Of a stretch of DNA of 64,000 nt, positions 37,822-47,059 are shown piece after piece. The stretch's first letter is position 1; each line of letters starts with the position of its first letter. Below the pieces are notes generated by a model. That model was not told where the DNA came from. It ran no database searches and saw only the letters and a list, made by a program, of their open reading frames with translations. A program made the translations under genes and the position numbers. The stretch comes from an uncultured bacterium (GTDB lineage: Bacteria > Zhuqueibacterota > QNDG01 > DTFT01), in NCBI GenBank assembly GCA_963736115.1, contig CAVTNR010000012.1, positions 192,001 to 256,000 of the forward strand, written 5' to 3'.

Positions 37822-40017
37822 TCACCCCACTTCGATCAATCCCAGATTTTTCCCGTATGCTTTTAAAACCATTTCGCGTATCGGCCGGTTCCGGATTTCG
37901 GACAGCCGGGGATCGGTTTCAACAACGGCCTGGGCCTCGTCCCGGGCGGACTCGAGGACGGCCTGATCCGTGACCAGGTCGGCGATTTTCAGGTTCAGCA
38001 TGCCGCTCTGCCGTGTGCCGAACAGTTCGCCCGGACCGCGCAGTTCGAGGTCGACCTCGGCGATCCGGAACCCGTCGTTCGTGGACACCATGGTCTTGAG
38101 ACGCTGAAGCGCCTCGTCCCCGAAGCCCGACTGGGCCAGCAGGACGCAGGTCGACCGGTTCCCTCCCCGGCCCACCCGTCCGCGCAGCTGGTGCAGCTGG
38201 GTGAGGCCGAACCGCTCCGCGTGCTCCACGAGCATCACCGTGGCATTGGGCACATCGACGCCCACCTCGATCACCGTGGTGGACACCAGCACGCGGATGT
38301 CCCCGGCCTTGAAAGCGGCCATGACCGACTCCTTCTCGTCCGCTTTCATGCGGCCGTGAAGAAGCGCGGTGCGGAATTCCGGGAACACCGTCCGGGACAG
38401 GGCATCGTGTCCCTCCGTGGCCGCGGCCAGGTCGACCTTCTCGGACTCCTCCACCAGCGGGTAGACGATGTAGACCTGCCGGCCGGACACCAGCTCGCTC
38501 CGGATGAATTCGTATATCGCCTGGCGTTTTTCCTCGCCCCGCCACACCGTCCGGACCGGCATCCGGCCCTTCGGCATGTCTTTCATCACGCTCACGTCCA
38601 GGTCGCCGTACAACGTGAGCGCCAGGGTGCGGGGAATCGGCGTCGCGGTCATGACCAGCACGTCCGGATGCGTACCCTTTCTACGGAGCACGGCGCGCTG
38701 GAGCACGCCGAAACGATGCTGTTCGTCGATGACCACAACCCCCAGTCTGTGAAAATCGACGCCCTCCTGCACGAGCGCGTGCGTGCCAACCGCGATGGAG
38801 ACGCTTCCGGACTTCAGACCTTCCAGGACCTCCCGCCTAGCGATCGAGCGCTGGCCGCCTTTCAGCAGGGCCACGGCGACACCCAGGGCCTCCATCCATC
38901 GGCGGATGTTGATGAAGTGCTGCTCCGCGAGGATTTCGGTCGGCGCCATGAGCGCGGCCTGACAGCCGTTCTCCACGGCGACGAGCAGAGCGACGGCCGC
39001 CACCACGGTTTTTCCGGACCCCACATCGCCCTGCAGAAGGCGGTTCATCGGATGGGGCGACCGCATGTCGGCCCGTATCTCCTCCAGCGCTCGCTTCTGT
39101 CCGCCGGTAAGCTCGAAGGGCAGGCTCTCCAGGAAACGCCGGACCAGGTCCCCGTCCCGGTCGAACGCGATGCCCTTCTTCTCGAGTTCGCGTCCCTTCC
39201 GCTGGAGCTGGAGAAACAGTTGGAGCGCGAAAAGCTCGTCGAACTTGAGCCGGTTTTTCGCGCGCTCCAGAGACTTCCAGTCGCGGGGATAATGGATGTT
39301 CTCGACAGCCTCGGCGACCGGAATCAGATCGAGTTTCAGCCGCATCGCCTCGGGCAGGGGCTCGCGGATCTGGCTTTTCAGCCCGTCGAGCAGGGGATGC
39401 AGGATGCGCCTGAACCCCCGGCTGTCCAGACCGGCGCGGCCGAGCGCGTCGGAGGACGGATACAGGGGCACGATGGCCCCGGTGTGAATGGGATTGAGCT
39501 CGCCTTCGTCGGAGATACGGTCGAATTCCGGGTGCACGAGCTGGAGGCCCCGGTACAGCGTCACCTTGCCGCTGAACGCCACGGTCTGACCCGCCTCGAA
39601 CGCCTTGGCGAGGTACGCGCCGGCCTTGAACCACACGCATTCGAGAAAACCGGTGTTGTCCCCGACCAGGAGCGTGAAACGCGCGGTGCGGCCCTGTTTC
39701 ACGCCGCCCGAGAACACCTTAGCCACCACGGTCGCCGTGTCGCCCGGCCTCAGGTCCTTGATCAAGCTCACGTTGCTCCGGTCGAGGTACCGGCGGGGAT
39801 AATGCGACAGCAGATCCTCGACCGTCCGGATATTGAAGGGATCCGCCGCGAGCACCTCGGCGCGCTTCGGCCCGATGCCCTTCACGTACTGCACGGGACT
39901 GTCGAGCGACAGGCGCTGAGCGGAAACGGGAACAGGAGCCGGCGTCATGCGGCGGCCGTCTTCCGGGCGTGCCGGAGACCCCGGGGTCTCCGGAATGTCC
40001 GGAAAACCCTTTACCAC
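37822..40017 (-). CDS. recG: ATP-dependent DNA helicase RecG
   Basis: RLLQGDVGSGKT, DEQHRFGV.QR, MTATPIPRTL, QLHQLRGRVGRG; alternative start ATG 39948. Confidence 0.97.
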   Translation of the reverse strand: MVKGFPDIPETPGSPARPEDGRRMTPAPVPVSAQRLSLDSPVQYVKGIGPKRAEVLAADPFNIRTVEDLLSHYPRRYLDRSNVSLIKDLRPGDTATVVAKVFSGGVKQGRTARFTLLVGDNTGFLECVWFKAGAYLAKAFEAGQTVAFSGKVTLYRGLQLVHPEFDRISDEGELNPIHTGAIVPLYPSSDALGRAGLDSRGFRRILHPLLDGLKSQIREPLPEAMRLKLDLIPVAEAVENIHYPRDWKSLERAKNRLKFDELFALQLFLQLQRKGRELEKKGIAFDRDGDLVRRFLESLPFELTGGQKRALEEIRADMRSPHPMNRLLQGDVGSGKTVVAAVALLVAVENGCQAALMAPTEILAEQHFINIRRWMEALGVAVALLKGGQRSIARREVLEGLKSGSVSIAVGTHALVQEGVDFHRLGVVVIDEQHRFGVLQRAVLRRKGTHPDVLVMTATPIPRTLALTLYGDLDVSVMKDMPKGRMPVRTVWRGEEKRQAIYEFIRSELVSGRQVYIVYPLVEESEKVDLAAATEGHDALSRTVFPEFRTALLHGRMKADEKESVMAAFKAGDIRVLVSTTVIEVGVDVPNATVMLVEHAERFGLTQLHQLRGRVGRGGNRSTCVLLAQSGFGDEALQRLKTMVSTNDGFRIAEVDLELRGPGELFGTRQSGMLNLKIADLVTDQAVLESARDEAQAVVETDPRLSEIRNRPIREMVLKAYGKNLGLIEVG

Positions 40018-41366
40018 TTCATATTCACGGTGAATGTCAGGACGCTTTCGCCGTCCGCCGGAACCGGCACCTTGAATTCCGCCGTGGTCGCGTTTTTCTT
40101 CAAGTAAGGATGGGACGAGGGATCGATCTTCCAGTCTCCCCAGAACCGTTCGAGTACCGTGACCTGCACAGCCTCCTTCTTGTGGTTGCGCAGTTTGACC
40201 TCGATGACATCCTGCCTGGACCGGTTTCCGGTTTTCCGGCTGTCCTTGACCGTGCGCTCGGGCGCCACGTCGAATGCGTTTCCGAGGAGGAGGCGGACCT
40301 TTTCATCCGCGGGCGTATGATCGATCTCATCCTCTCCGATGAATTCCAGCGAGCCGTCCGTGTCCTTCTTGTACACGCGCACCTTGCCCTTGGGCAGGGG
40401 CAGGCCGAGCCCGTCGGTCTTTCCATTCTTGAATTCCATGCGTACGGCGATCTTATCCGCTTCCTGGCCCGGCTCGTAGACGTACAGTTTCTCCGTTTTT
40501 ACGGTCGCCTGGGGAAATAGCGCAATCTGTTTGACCTGGTTGTTCTGCAGGGTCGACGGCCGTGTGAGGGTGTACAGGTGGTATTCGAAAAAAGATTTCT
40601 CCTCGAACTGCGGGGCGGGGGCCTCCTCCGCCATGGCCACAACGCCGGCCTGGCGACGGATCAGGTCTTTGGTGCGGACGACGTTCACGTCGCCGGCCAC
40701 TAGCTTGAGCTTCGCGTTCGGGTAGGTGATTCCGGACTGGTTCTCGACGGAAACCCAGCCCGAGAGATCCAGAGCCTTGTCGTCCGCGGCGGTCACTGCG
40801 ACGTATTCCGCGTGCCAGTTCATGCCGTCGGTCATGTAACTCACTTCGACGTCCTGCTTTTCGGCCCCCCGGTTGTCCAGCATCCAGACGAGGGTCGGAC
40901 GCGTGATCAGCCCCTCCGGCAGTTTGGGGAACTCGAAATTCTGCACCGCGCCGCGCTGGATGATCTTCACCCCGCCCGTGGCCGCATCCTCGATGACGAT
41001 GTCGCCGGACGCATTGAGCAGGCGGCCGGAGTACACCTGCCCCTTGTCCATGAGCACTCGGATTTCCTGGTCCACGTACTTGTCGAGAATCGTCTGCGGG
41101 CTCGCGAGGTCGTACTCGAAATTCTGCTCGAGCACGCGGACCCGGTCGGGGTCGGCAACGGCCTTGAAACTGACGCTGGTCGGGTCGATCCGCGCGGCCA
41201 CGTCACGGAAGGAAACCAGGGACTGGCCGGTCTTGATGGTCATGCTCCGGACCTCCCGCACCACGGCCCGGTTCTGGTTGTACACCGTGACGGATACGGT
41301 CTGGCCGGACAGGGACGTCACCGCGCCGAGAACGGCGCAGGTGGACAAAATGGCGATCAGGTGCAT
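40011..41366 (-). CDS. Secreted DUF4139 domain protein
   Basis: VTVYNQNRAVVRE, EQNFEYDL, GLITRPTLVW, FEYHLYTL, GEDEIDHTP. Confidence 0.85.
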   Translation of the reverse strand: MHLIAILSTCAVLGAVTSLSGQTVSVTVYNQNRAVVREVRSMTIKTGQSLVSFRDVAARIDPTSVSFKAVADPDRVRVLEQNFEYDLASPQTILDKYVDQEIRVLMDKGQVYSGRLLNASGDIVIEDAATGGVKIIQRGAVQNFEFPKLPEGLITRPTLVWMLDNRGAEKQDVEVSYMTDGMNWHAEYVAVTAADDKALDLSGWVSVENQSGITYPNAKLKLVAGDVNVVRTKDLIRRQAGVVAMAEEAPAPQFEEKSFFEYHLYTLTRPSTLQNNQVKQIALFPQATVKTEKLYVYEPGQEADKIAVRMEFKNGKTDGLGLPLPKGKVRVYKKDTDGSLEFIGEDEIDHTPADEKVRLLLGNAFDVAPERTVKDSRKTGNRSRQDVIEVKLRNHKKEAVQVTVLERFWGDWKIDPSSHPYLKKNATTAEFKVPVPADGESVLTFTVNMKW

Positions 41367-41386
41367 GGATGGCTCCTTGAAAAAAG

Positions 41387-41760
41387 GTTCATAGTTCATA
41401 GTTCATGGTTCATAGTTAAAAAAAATGTTCCGGGTTCCGGGTTCCGAGTTGTAGGTCCGATATGCCGAGTTTCTTTTCAGCGTGGCTATCGGACATTTCG
41501 AAGAAATCGTCCGAAATGGTCCGCGAAAACATGCGAACCTTCAATATTAAAAATTTTCCAATAACTTGGTCCCGCAATACGGGACCATTTCGGACCGACG
41601 GATTTTCCGGATCCGGCCTTATAGGCTCTTCTCCGCTCCTGGATCCCCGTCCGCTGACGCGGATGATAAAGACACGTGCGCGGGGATGACACAACTCCAC
41701 ATATTTGGAAAACCATTCGAAGGGCCCACTAATAGCTACAGGCCATTTCGGACCTATCGG
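41387..41760. repeat. Composite repeat region: heptamer arrays, GTAG REP, REP doublet (REPIN-like), reversed REP
   Basis: Heptamers 41387-41450; REP 41451-41494; inverted REP pair 41509-41599; reversed REP ending ~41757. Confidence 0.8.
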
Positions 41761-41779
41761 CTATGGACAAGGGACTTTT

Positions 41780-44518
41780 TCACCCCAGCGTCTCCCGCTG
41801 TTTTCTCAGCGTCGCGAGTTTCTCCTCGAAGTCCGCCTGCTTCCGCCGCTCCTTTTCCACGACCTCCTGCGGCGCGCGACCGATGAAATCCGCGTTGGAA
41901 AGCTTCCCCTCCAGCCCCTTGAGAAGGCTTTCCATGCGGCCGATCTCCTTCGAGATCCGCTCCTTCTCCACCGCGAGGTCGATGAGTCCGCCGAGCGGGA
42001 GAAAAAGCTCGACGTCCCCGATCAGGCCGGCCGCGGCGCCGGCCGGCTTCTGCCCGCCGGACTGTCGAATCACGGATTCAACATTCGCGAGCTTGTCGAA
42101 ATACGCCGCATTTTCCATGAGGAGGCGGCATTTCGACTCATTGCCCCTCAGGATGAGGCCGGCTTTCTTTTCGGGCGGCACGTTCATGCCGCTCCGGATG
42201 TTCCGCACCGCGCCGATGGCCTCCTGAATCAGGCCGACCGCGGTCTCGGCCTCCTCGTCCATCAGGGACGGATCGGTTTTCGGATAAGGCCGGTTCAGGA
42301 TGGTGTGGACTGCTGAAGCCGGATCGGCCGGAACCGGCAGGGACTGCCAGATCGCCTCGGTGATGAAGGGCATGAAAGGATGCCCCAGCCGGAGTATGGA
42401 TTCCAGAACATGGAGCGCCGTGGTCCTGGCCGAGGCCTGCGCCTCTGGATTCCCCGCGTCGTAGAGCCTGGGTTTCGCGAGCTCGAGGTACCAGTCGCAG
42501 TACTCCGACCAGACAAAACGGTATAGCGCCTGAGCGGCCTCATTGAACCGGAACTGCTCGAGGCTGGACCGGATTTCCCCGGTCGCGGCATTGAGCCGGC
42601 TCAGGATCCAGCGGTCCGCGAGGTCGGACCGGCCGGAGCCGCCGGGTTTGATCGGATCCTCCAGAACCTGGTTCTCACCGAGGTTCATCATCACGAAGCG
42701 CGAAGCGTTCCACAGCTTGTTCGCGAACTTCTGCCCCATTTCCACCAGCGGGTGGTCGAAGTGCACGTCTCCGCCCAGGGGCGTCTGAAACACCATGGTC
42801 AGGCGGATGGCGTCCGCGCCGTACGCGGGCACGCCGGCTTTATAGGATGGATTGTGCTTCGCGAATTCGCCCACGGTTTTCGCGTCCGCGCCGTCAATGA
42901 GCCAGATGGGATCCGGGGAGTTGCCGAGGGATTTGGACATCTTGCGGCCGGACAGGTCGCGGATCATGCCGTTGAAATACACGTCGCGGAACGGCGCCTC
43001 GCCGGTGAACTCAAGCGAGGCCATGATCATCCGCGCCACCCAGAAGAAAATGATGTCCGGACCGGTCACGAGCGAGTCCGTGGGAAAGAACGCCTTCAGT
43101 TCGTCGGTCTTCTCCGGCCAGCCCAGCGTGGAGAACGGCCAGAGCCAGGAGGAAAACCATGTGTCGAGCACATCCGGATCCTGCTCGAGCTTCCGGCTCC
43201 CGCACTCGGGGCAGGCCGCGGGCCTGTCTTCGCGGTGCACGGACATGTGTCCGTTTTCACAGGTCCATACGGGAATCCGGTGTCCCCACCAGACCTGGCG
43301 GCTGATGCACCAGTCGCGGATGTTCCGCATCCAGTGAAAATACGTCTCCTCCCACTGCTTCGGATGGAAGCGGATGCGGCCCTGCTCCACAGCGGCGAGG
43401 GCCGGCTCGGCCAGCGGCTGCATCTTCACGAACCACTGATCGGAAAGAAACGGTTCGACGATGGTATTGCACCGATAGCAGTGCGGAATGGGCGTGACCC
43501 GCGGCTCGTCGGACAACACGCGGCCCTGTTCCCCGAGGTCCCGCAGAATCCGCTTTCGGGCCTCGAACCGGTCGAGTCCATTGTACGGGCCCGCGTTCGC
43601 ATTCATTACGCCCCGGTCGTCGATGACCGATATCGCCTCGAGCCCGTGTCTCCGGCCGACTTCAAAATCGTTGAAATCGTGGGCCGGCGTGATTTTCACC
43701 GCGCCGCTCCCCTTCTCGGGGTCGGCATATTCGTCCGCAACGATCGGGATGCGGCGGTTCATGAGCGGCAGGATCACCGTTTTTCCGACCAGTGCCTTGT
43801 ACCGGTCATCGTCCGGATGCACCGCGACCGCGGTGTCGCCGAGCAGGGTCTCCGGCCGCGTGGTCGAGACGCGGATGACCTGGTCCGATCCTTCCAGGGG
43901 ATAGGCAATGGTCCAGAATTTTCCATTGACGTCCGTGGCGGGCGCTTCCTCATCGGCCAGCGCGGTCTGACAGCGCGGGCACCAGTTGATCAGGCGGCGG
44001 CCGCGATAGATCAGTTTCTTTTCATAAAGACGGACGAACACCTCGCGCACGGCTCTGGAAAGCCCCTCGTCCATGGTGAAGCGCTCCCGCTCCCAGTCGC
44101 ATGAGGCGCCCAGTTTGCGCAGCTGCTGGAGTATGATGCCGCCGTATTTCTCCTTCCATTCCCAGACGCGGGCGATCAGTTTCTCGCGGCCCAGGTCGTG
44201 GCGCGTCAGACCCTCGGCCTTGAGCGCGGCCTCGACCCTGTTCTGCGTGGCGATGCCCGCGTGGTCCGTGCCCGGCATCCACAGGGATTCAAACCCGTCC
44301 ATGCGCTTCCAGCGGACCAGCAGGTCCTGGAGAGTGTTATTGAGGATATGTCCCATGGTCAGCATGCCCGTCACATTGGGCGGCGGGATCATCACCGTGT
44401 ACTTGGGTTTCGGGCTTTTCGGGTCCGCATGGAAAAGCCGGTTGTCCATCCAATACTGATACCATCGGGATTCCACTTCAAGGGGATTGTACACTTTATC
44501 GAGAACAGGACGCGACAT
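41780..44518 (-). CDS. valS: Valine--tRNA ligase
   Basis: PPPNVTG.L.MGH, DHAGIATQ, DWCISRQ.WWGH, KMSKS, C-terminal coiled coil. Confidence 0.98.
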   Translation of the reverse strand: MSRPVLDKVYNPLEVESRWYQYWMDNRLFHADPKSPKPKYTVMIPPPNVTGMLTMGHILNNTLQDLLVRWKRMDGFESLWMPGTDHAGIATQNRVEAALKAEGLTRHDLGREKLIARVWEWKEKYGGIILQQLRKLGASCDWERERFTMDEGLSRAVREVFVRLYEKKLIYRGRRLINWCPRCQTALADEEAPATDVNGKFWTIAYPLEGSDQVIRVSTTRPETLLGDTAVAVHPDDDRYKALVGKTVILPLMNRRIPIVADEYADPEKGSGAVKITPAHDFNDFEVGRRHGLEAISVIDDRGVMNANAGPYNGLDRFEARKRILRDLGEQGRVLSDEPRVTPIPHCYRCNTIVEPFLSDQWFVKMQPLAEPALAAVEQGRIRFHPKQWEETYFHWMRNIRDWCISRQVWWGHRIPVWTCENGHMSVHREDRPAACPECGSRKLEQDPDVLDTWFSSWLWPFSTLGWPEKTDELKAFFPTDSLVTGPDIIFFWVARMIMASLEFTGEAPFRDVYFNGMIRDLSGRKMSKSLGNSPDPIWLIDGADAKTVGEFAKHNPSYKAGVPAYGADAIRLTMVFQTPLGGDVHFDHPLVEMGQKFANKLWNASRFVMMNLGENQVLEDPIKPGGSGRSDLADRWILSRLNAATGEIRSSLEQFRFNEAAQALYRFVWSEYCDWYLELAKPRLYDAGNPEAQASARTTALHVLESILRLGHPFMPFITEAIWQSLPVPADPASAVHTILNRPYPKTDPSLMDEEAETAVGLIQEAIGAVRNIRSGMNVPPEKKAGLILRGNESKCRLLMENAAYFDKLANVESVIRQSGGQKPAGAAAGLIGDVELFLPLGGLIDLAVEKERISKEIGRMESLLKGLEGKLSNADFIGRAPQEVVEKERRKQADFEEKLATLRKQRETLG

Positions 44519-44570
44519 GGACTCCTCGTCATTAGGAATGCGAAGGGGGGAGTTACAAGTAAATCATTGA

Positions 44571-44599
44571 AAGTTAGGGAATTCTGTATTTATTGTCAA
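44571..44599 (-). promoter_or_regulatory. sigma70 promoter for valS
   Basis: TTGACA-17-TAACTT. Confidence 0.7.
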
Positions 44600-45032
44600 G
44601 TCGGTAGAAAGTAAATGGAACACGGATGGACACGGGTAAAGAAAAGACTCTAAGCAGACCTTCAATACTTAACAAATCTAATTGCTTGGTCCCGCGTCGT
44701 GGGAGGCGCCTGCATCAACGCTGCATGACGCGCTCAGTACCACAGGAGCAAGAGGCTCCTGCCTCTGCGAGTCCGCGGGCTCTGATCGCTCGGGAGATAT
44801 CTCCCGGGCGATCCAAAAGCCTTCAGAAGGGAAATATGCGCAAAAAAGCGATTTCATATAGCAATTCATCAATTTCAATTTTATATATAGTATGTCGTTT
44901 CTGTCATAATTATTTCAAAACGGAATATCAATTTCATTTTGTTAATAAATATGTCAATTTGAAATCAGCCGTGACAAAACACGCACGTTCGTAAAGCTAT
45001 AAATTATAATTACATAGAAAAAGCATTCGTAC

Positions 45033-45048
45033 TGGCACCCCGTTTGCT
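45033..45048 (+). promoter_or_regulatory. Consensus sigma54 (-24/-12) promoter
   Basis: TGGCACC-CCGT-TTGCT; AT-rich upstream region with ATTTCA-N3-TGAAAT-like palindromes (44851, 44912, 44951). Confidence 0.8.
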
Positions 45049-45058
45049 TATCCTATAA

Positions 45059-45132
45059 ACAGTATCAAAAAACCTCCTTTCCTCACAACCCCTGAAGTCC
45101 GCATTGCCCGCAACGATGCGGACTTCTTTTTT
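45059..45132 (+). ncRNA. Putative sigma54-dependent small RNA with anti-SD seed
   Basis: No plausible ORF between promoter and terminator; unstructured AACCTCCTTTCCTCACAACCCC followed by 11-bp stem GAAGTCCGCAT/ATGCGGACTTC and T6. Confidence 0.65.
45094..45132 (+). terminator. Intrinsic terminator of putative sRNA
   Basis: gaagtccgcat-tgcccgcaacg-atgcggacttc-tttttt. Confidence 0.85.
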
Positions 45133-45137
45133 CTTCC

Positions 45138-45166
45138 TTGACTTCCTTTGAATTATTCAGTAGCAT
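45138..45166 (+). promoter_or_regulatory. sigma70 promoter for prenyltransferase
   Basis: TTGACT-17-TAGCAT just downstream of the terminator. Confidence 0.5.
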
Positions 45167-45253
45167 AATTTGTTGTGACAGTGCTGCTTCAGCGGTCCTT
45201 TCCGCGTCTGGTACGGGGAGCCAAGAACCACAGTTGAAACAGGAGGTAACGGG

Positions 45254-46234
45254 ATGCTAATGAATGCCAGCCACCCCGAAGACCGTCCCGGAGCGGCGAT
45301 GCCCGCCGGAAAGCCCTCGTTGATCCGAATGGTGCGCGCTCCGTTTCTTTCATCGATCCTGGCGCCGATCGTTGCGGGAACCCTGGTCGCGGTCTCCGTC
45401 ACAGGCGAATTCCGGCTTGCCGGATTTCTCCTGGCGCTGGCCCTGGGCGTCGGATTGCACGTGGCCACCAACGTGTACAACGACATCTACGACACGATCC
45501 AGGGATCCGACCGCATCAATATGCTCCGCAACGAATTCAGCGGCGGCTCCGGCATTCTGGTGGAACACCCGGAATTCATGAGCCGGATGCGCTGGACGGC
45601 CAGGGGCGGCCTGGCCCTGGCGACGATCGCGACGATCGGATTGATGTTCGTGATCCGGCGATCCCTGTGGCCTCAGTGCCTGGCGCTGTTCACTGTTTCC
45701 GTTTTTCTGAGTAAATACTACACCGCCCATCCGATCAAGCTTGCCTACCGGGGTCTGGGGGAATTTTTCGTGTGGTTCGCCTTCGGCCCAATGGCGGTCT
45801 GGATCGCATCCGTCAGCCAGAACCTGGGATGGCACGCCCTCATTGTCACGGCCATGCCTGCAACCGGCATCAGCACACTCTCCATTCTGCTCATCGGCCA
45901 GATCATCGACCTTCCAGCGGACGAGGCGACCGGCAAGCACGGAATCGCCGTTCGAATGGGAGTGCCTGCCACGGTCCGGGGTTTCGGCGCGGTTCAACTG
46001 GTTCTGGTGCTCAACCTGGCCCTTCTCGCGTGGCGCATGGGGCGGCACGGTTGGCCCGTACTGCTCGGCGCCGTGCCGGTCGCGTTTCTTTTGCCCGGGA
46101 TCTGGAAGCTTCTCGACGGCGGCAGAGCCGACACCGCGGCCCTCAAGGCGGCGGCGAAATCCAACGTCCAATTGCACCTTCTGTTCTCACTGCTGTTCAT
46201 CATCGGCCTGCTGATTTCACTGTCGCTGAAATAG
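45254..46234 (+). CDS. UbiA/MenA-family prenyltransferase (second paralog)
   Basis: RAPFL, NVYNDIYD..QGSD...FSGGSG, YTAHPIKLAYRGLGE, QIIDLPADE.TGK. Confidence 0.88.
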   Translation: MLMNASHPEDRPGAAMPAGKPSLIRMVRAPFLSSILAPIVAGTLVAVSVTGEFRLAGFLLALALGVGLHVATNVYNDIYDTIQGSDRINMLRNEFSGGSGILVEHPEFMSRMRWTARGGLALATIATIGLMFVIRRSLWPQCLALFTVSVFLSKYYTAHPIKLAYRGLGEFFVWFAFGPMAVWIASVSQNLGWHALIVTAMPATGISTLSILLIGQIIDLPADEATGKHGIAVRMGVPATVRGFGAVQLVLVLNLALLAWRMGRHGWPVLLGAVPVAFLLPGIWKLLDGGRADTAALKAAAKSNVQLHLLFSLLFIIGLLISLSLK

Positions 46235-46279
46235 CCAAGGGATCCGGATGACGGATCCGGCCGGCACCGAGGAGGATGA

Positions 46280-46882
46280 ATGCCCATATGGCCGAAGCGG
46301 CTTCTGGAAAGATACACCCGCCTGGAGGACGGCCGTGTCTCGATTGACGTATCCGTGGAGCGGGTGGAGGATCTGTACAACGATTTCGAACGCTCCGTGC
46401 CCTTCATGAAAAAGGATTTAAACGATGAATTCGCGGATTACCTCGCCGATTCGGGCCGCGAGATCGGGAAAACTTCCTTCGTGGTGCGCCTCAATCTGGA
46501 CCGATTCCCTGACGAAACGCTCATGGAGAGGGTCCGGCGGAGCATCCGGAGTTACTTTCAATACCGCGCGGAGATGGAAACACGGGAATTGAGAAAAATC
46601 GTCGAGACTTCAATCTGGCTGGGAACGGGCGGGTTCTTTCTCCTCGCCGTGGACATCACCCTGAACCGGCTGTATGCGGACACGGCGGGCGTGGTCGGCG
46701 GCATTCTGCTCGAAGGCCTCACCATCTCGGCCTGGGTCGCCTTGTGGGAATTTTTGGCCAACATCCTAGTCAACTGGGGGCCCCACCGCCGCGACATCCG
46801 GCTCTACCGCAGGCTGTCCGAAGCCGAGATCCTGTTCCGCGAGACGTTTTCGAAAACCCGGCCGGTTGAAGAACGTCCCTGA
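46280..46882 (+). CDS. Hypothetical membrane protein
   Basis: GAGGAGG SD; LYNDFE....KKDLNDEFADYL; two C-terminal TM helices with EGLTI..WVALW. Confidence 0.75.
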   Translation: MPIWPKRLLERYTRLEDGRVSIDVSVERVEDLYNDFERSVPFMKKDLNDEFADYLADSGREIGKTSFVVRLNLDRFPDETLMERVRRSIRSYFQYRAEMETRELRKIVETSIWLGTGGFFLLAVDITLNRLYADTAGVVGGILLEGLTISAWVALWEFLANILVNWGPHRRDIRLYRRLSEAEILFRETFSKTRPVEERP

Positions 46883-46992
46883 TCCGTTGCCGCATCATGA
46901 CCGGCAGAGATCTGTAAAACGCTCCGGGCCTTCAATATCTCGAAAATAAAATAGCTTGGTCCCGCGCAGCGGGACCTGATTTCCAGCATGCA

Positions 46993-47029
46993 AAACGCTC
47001 CGGGAGGTTTGGAACCTCCCGGAGCGTTT
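46993..47029. terminator. Palindrome between convergent genes (repeat-family member, likely bidirectional terminator)
   Basis: aaacgctccgggaggtt-tgg-aacctcccggagcgttt; near-identical core at 53891-53921. Confidence 0.7.
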
Positions 47030-47059
47030 CTTCTTTCGATAACCCGGAACGTTTTTAAC

